In this document: positions 62,167-64,000 of the stretch, piece by piece
How positions within the stretch are numbered: position 1 is the first letter of the stretch
How the letters are laid out: each line of letters starts with the position of its first letter
NCBI GenBank assembly: GCA_002633005.1
Contig: NMRA01000931.1
Span: 1 to 64,000 of the forward strand
Direction: 5' to 3'
Length of the DNA: 64,000 nt
From: Phoronis australis
Taxonomy: Eukaryota > Animalia > Phoronida
The notes under the pieces: model-generated
Database searches by the model: none
What the model was told of the DNA's origin: nothing
What the model saw: only the letters and a program-made list of their open reading frames with translations
Position numbers and translations under genes: made by a program

Positions 62167-64000
62167 GTATGTTTCATTGCCGGTTTGCTAGAGAGCGATT
62201 TCCATCACTTTCTAATTGACTAAGAAGACAAGCGCCAAAATAAAATGGAAACAAGAAACAGCACAACAAAGGTCAACAAAGATATTGCGATTAAAAACTT
62301 GGCACTATTGACGGCATAGTAGGCTAAATGTCCACAGGACTGGGTGTCTAGCTTTAGTGGCTCGTTCCGTGTTCATCAGTGAAAGCTAGCGAGATCTGTC
62401 TGCTTGTAATGCTCTCGCGAAAACGTGCGAGATCTTGTCAAATTCTGAAGAACTTCATGATCGTTTTTCGTCACGATATTCCAGCTGGCACGGTAAAAAC
62501 GCAGCGCTAGACACGCAACGACAATATCGTCTAGTGAAAACGGACAACGGACGTTTTCTCGTTTCACTGCAAAAATCCTGTGTGAAACCACATGCGGTAG
62601 TTGCAATAACAAAGCTACGATACTCAAGACCACCTTACATGTATGCACTTGTGCACTCGCGATATCTCTCTTGAAACCGAAAGAGATATTGAGTAAACTC
62701 AGTGATTCCAGTTTCTTCGACAGCATCATTTATAACCGCGCATCAGCTACGGAAATTTTGAAGTTGAAATTCCCGTTTCCACATCCAGGCGGTTTTATTA
62801 AAGCCACATATTTTCGATAAATTGTAGCAACATGAATACACCTCGACAACGTATTCTCGTGATATCTCGCCAACCCACTCATTTCGTTCGAGAAAATCGC
62901 GTTATCAATCGCCTCATGGAAAACATAGTGTGAATAGGGTGTCGCGAATTTCTGCGTTTTTTTGATTTTACGCATCGTGGTAAGATTTTTTCTATCGTTA
63001 CTTGAAAGCTCCTAAACGTCAAGCTGAACGCAGCGTCCACATTATTTGAATGTCAACATATACAGAGCCACCCTTTATTCAGTGAAGTTCTCTCCTCAAA
63101 TGCGACGCATGCCGGGCTACGTTCTTTACATCCTAGGCATTAGCCATGCCTTTCTGATGAGAAATCGTACCTTATGGAGCAGAAACAATGGAATAATTCC
63201 CACAATTCTTGAATTCACTCCTATAATTCAGCATTCCAACTTAACTGACCATTCAGTTTAGTGGCGGCCGCCATTTTGATAGGTATTGTAATGTTAGCAG
63301 CGTCTCGAGCACACTAGCGAAACACTCCGCCTAATTCACTCTCGCGATCCTGCTTGTTCTGGAAGATCCCGTGTCAACGAAGCGCTGCCCTGGACACCGA
63401 GTCCTTATTTTTGGCCCTGTGCAAACGTCACACCACAAAGTTCAACGTCCCCTTAATTAATTCAAAATAGATTCGCAAACTGCCTCAGTCTCGTCCTTCA
63501 AAAAGCTAACTTGCTATTCCTGGGTTAGGAAAGAATTGAGTGTTCCTTATTGTATGAGCACCAGTCTCAACAAGTTACCCTTTTGCAGTGGGTTATTTTA
63601 TACACCGACCATGCTTTTTAAGCATACGTAACCACCAAAACGGTCACTTTTCCAAGCCTGAAGGCCACGTCTTATGGGAGACAAAACAAACAGAGATTAA
63701 TTTTAAGTAGTATTGGTGTATTAAAAGTTCCTGTGACGTCAAGCTCGTGTTTATAGCAGGTTTTGTGTGAGAAATGGTGCGCGACGTCTTGAGTAATGAT
63801 TTTGATGGATGTTGTATCAATCTAATAGCCGTCCAGTTATGGCAGTAACACAATTGAAAACCTGGCGTGGCCTTTCTTACGAGTTTGGTAAGTTTGCGCG
63901 GGTCTGTGAAAGCCGGAACAAAACCGGACGTGATATATTTCAACATGTAAATCGTAACGACTTTTCAGCTTCAAACACCTGCCAGCACTGTCCGATTTGT

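Overview
This is a eukaryotic window from a draft assembly, intron-rich and AT-rich, most likely a bilaterian invertebrate. No prokaryote-type system such as CRISPR or an operon is present, and most ORF-track entries are spurious. Three spliced + strand genes can be rebuilt by hand with consistent splice phases: (1) the last three exons of ATAD3 (399-3268); (2) a complete 4-exon, ~436-aa SAMD11/SAMD7-family gene (26793-40519) with a SAND domain, a PLDLS CtBP motif, a SAM domain and an unusual Cys/His tail; (3) the first four coding exons of an AIF1/Iba1-like EF-hand gene (51210 or 47423 to 62166, continuing past the window), almost entirely missed by the ORF track. The rest is transposon debris: Helentron/HINE-like elements, TTAA-flanked Kolobok-like MITEs, foldback elements with 21-bp repeats, a (GAA)n-tailed LINE end, an L1/Tx1 RT relic and an inverted hammerhead-like (Penelope-type) relic. 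Three tandem 'duplications' abut N gaps and are probably uncollapsed haplotypes. The most interesting items are the ATAD3-SAMD11 linkage, an Otx/Crx-type site cluster in SAMD11-like intron 1, a TE-borne array of CTCF-like motifs, and the hammerhead relic. All family assignments come from recalled sequence motifs, not database searches.
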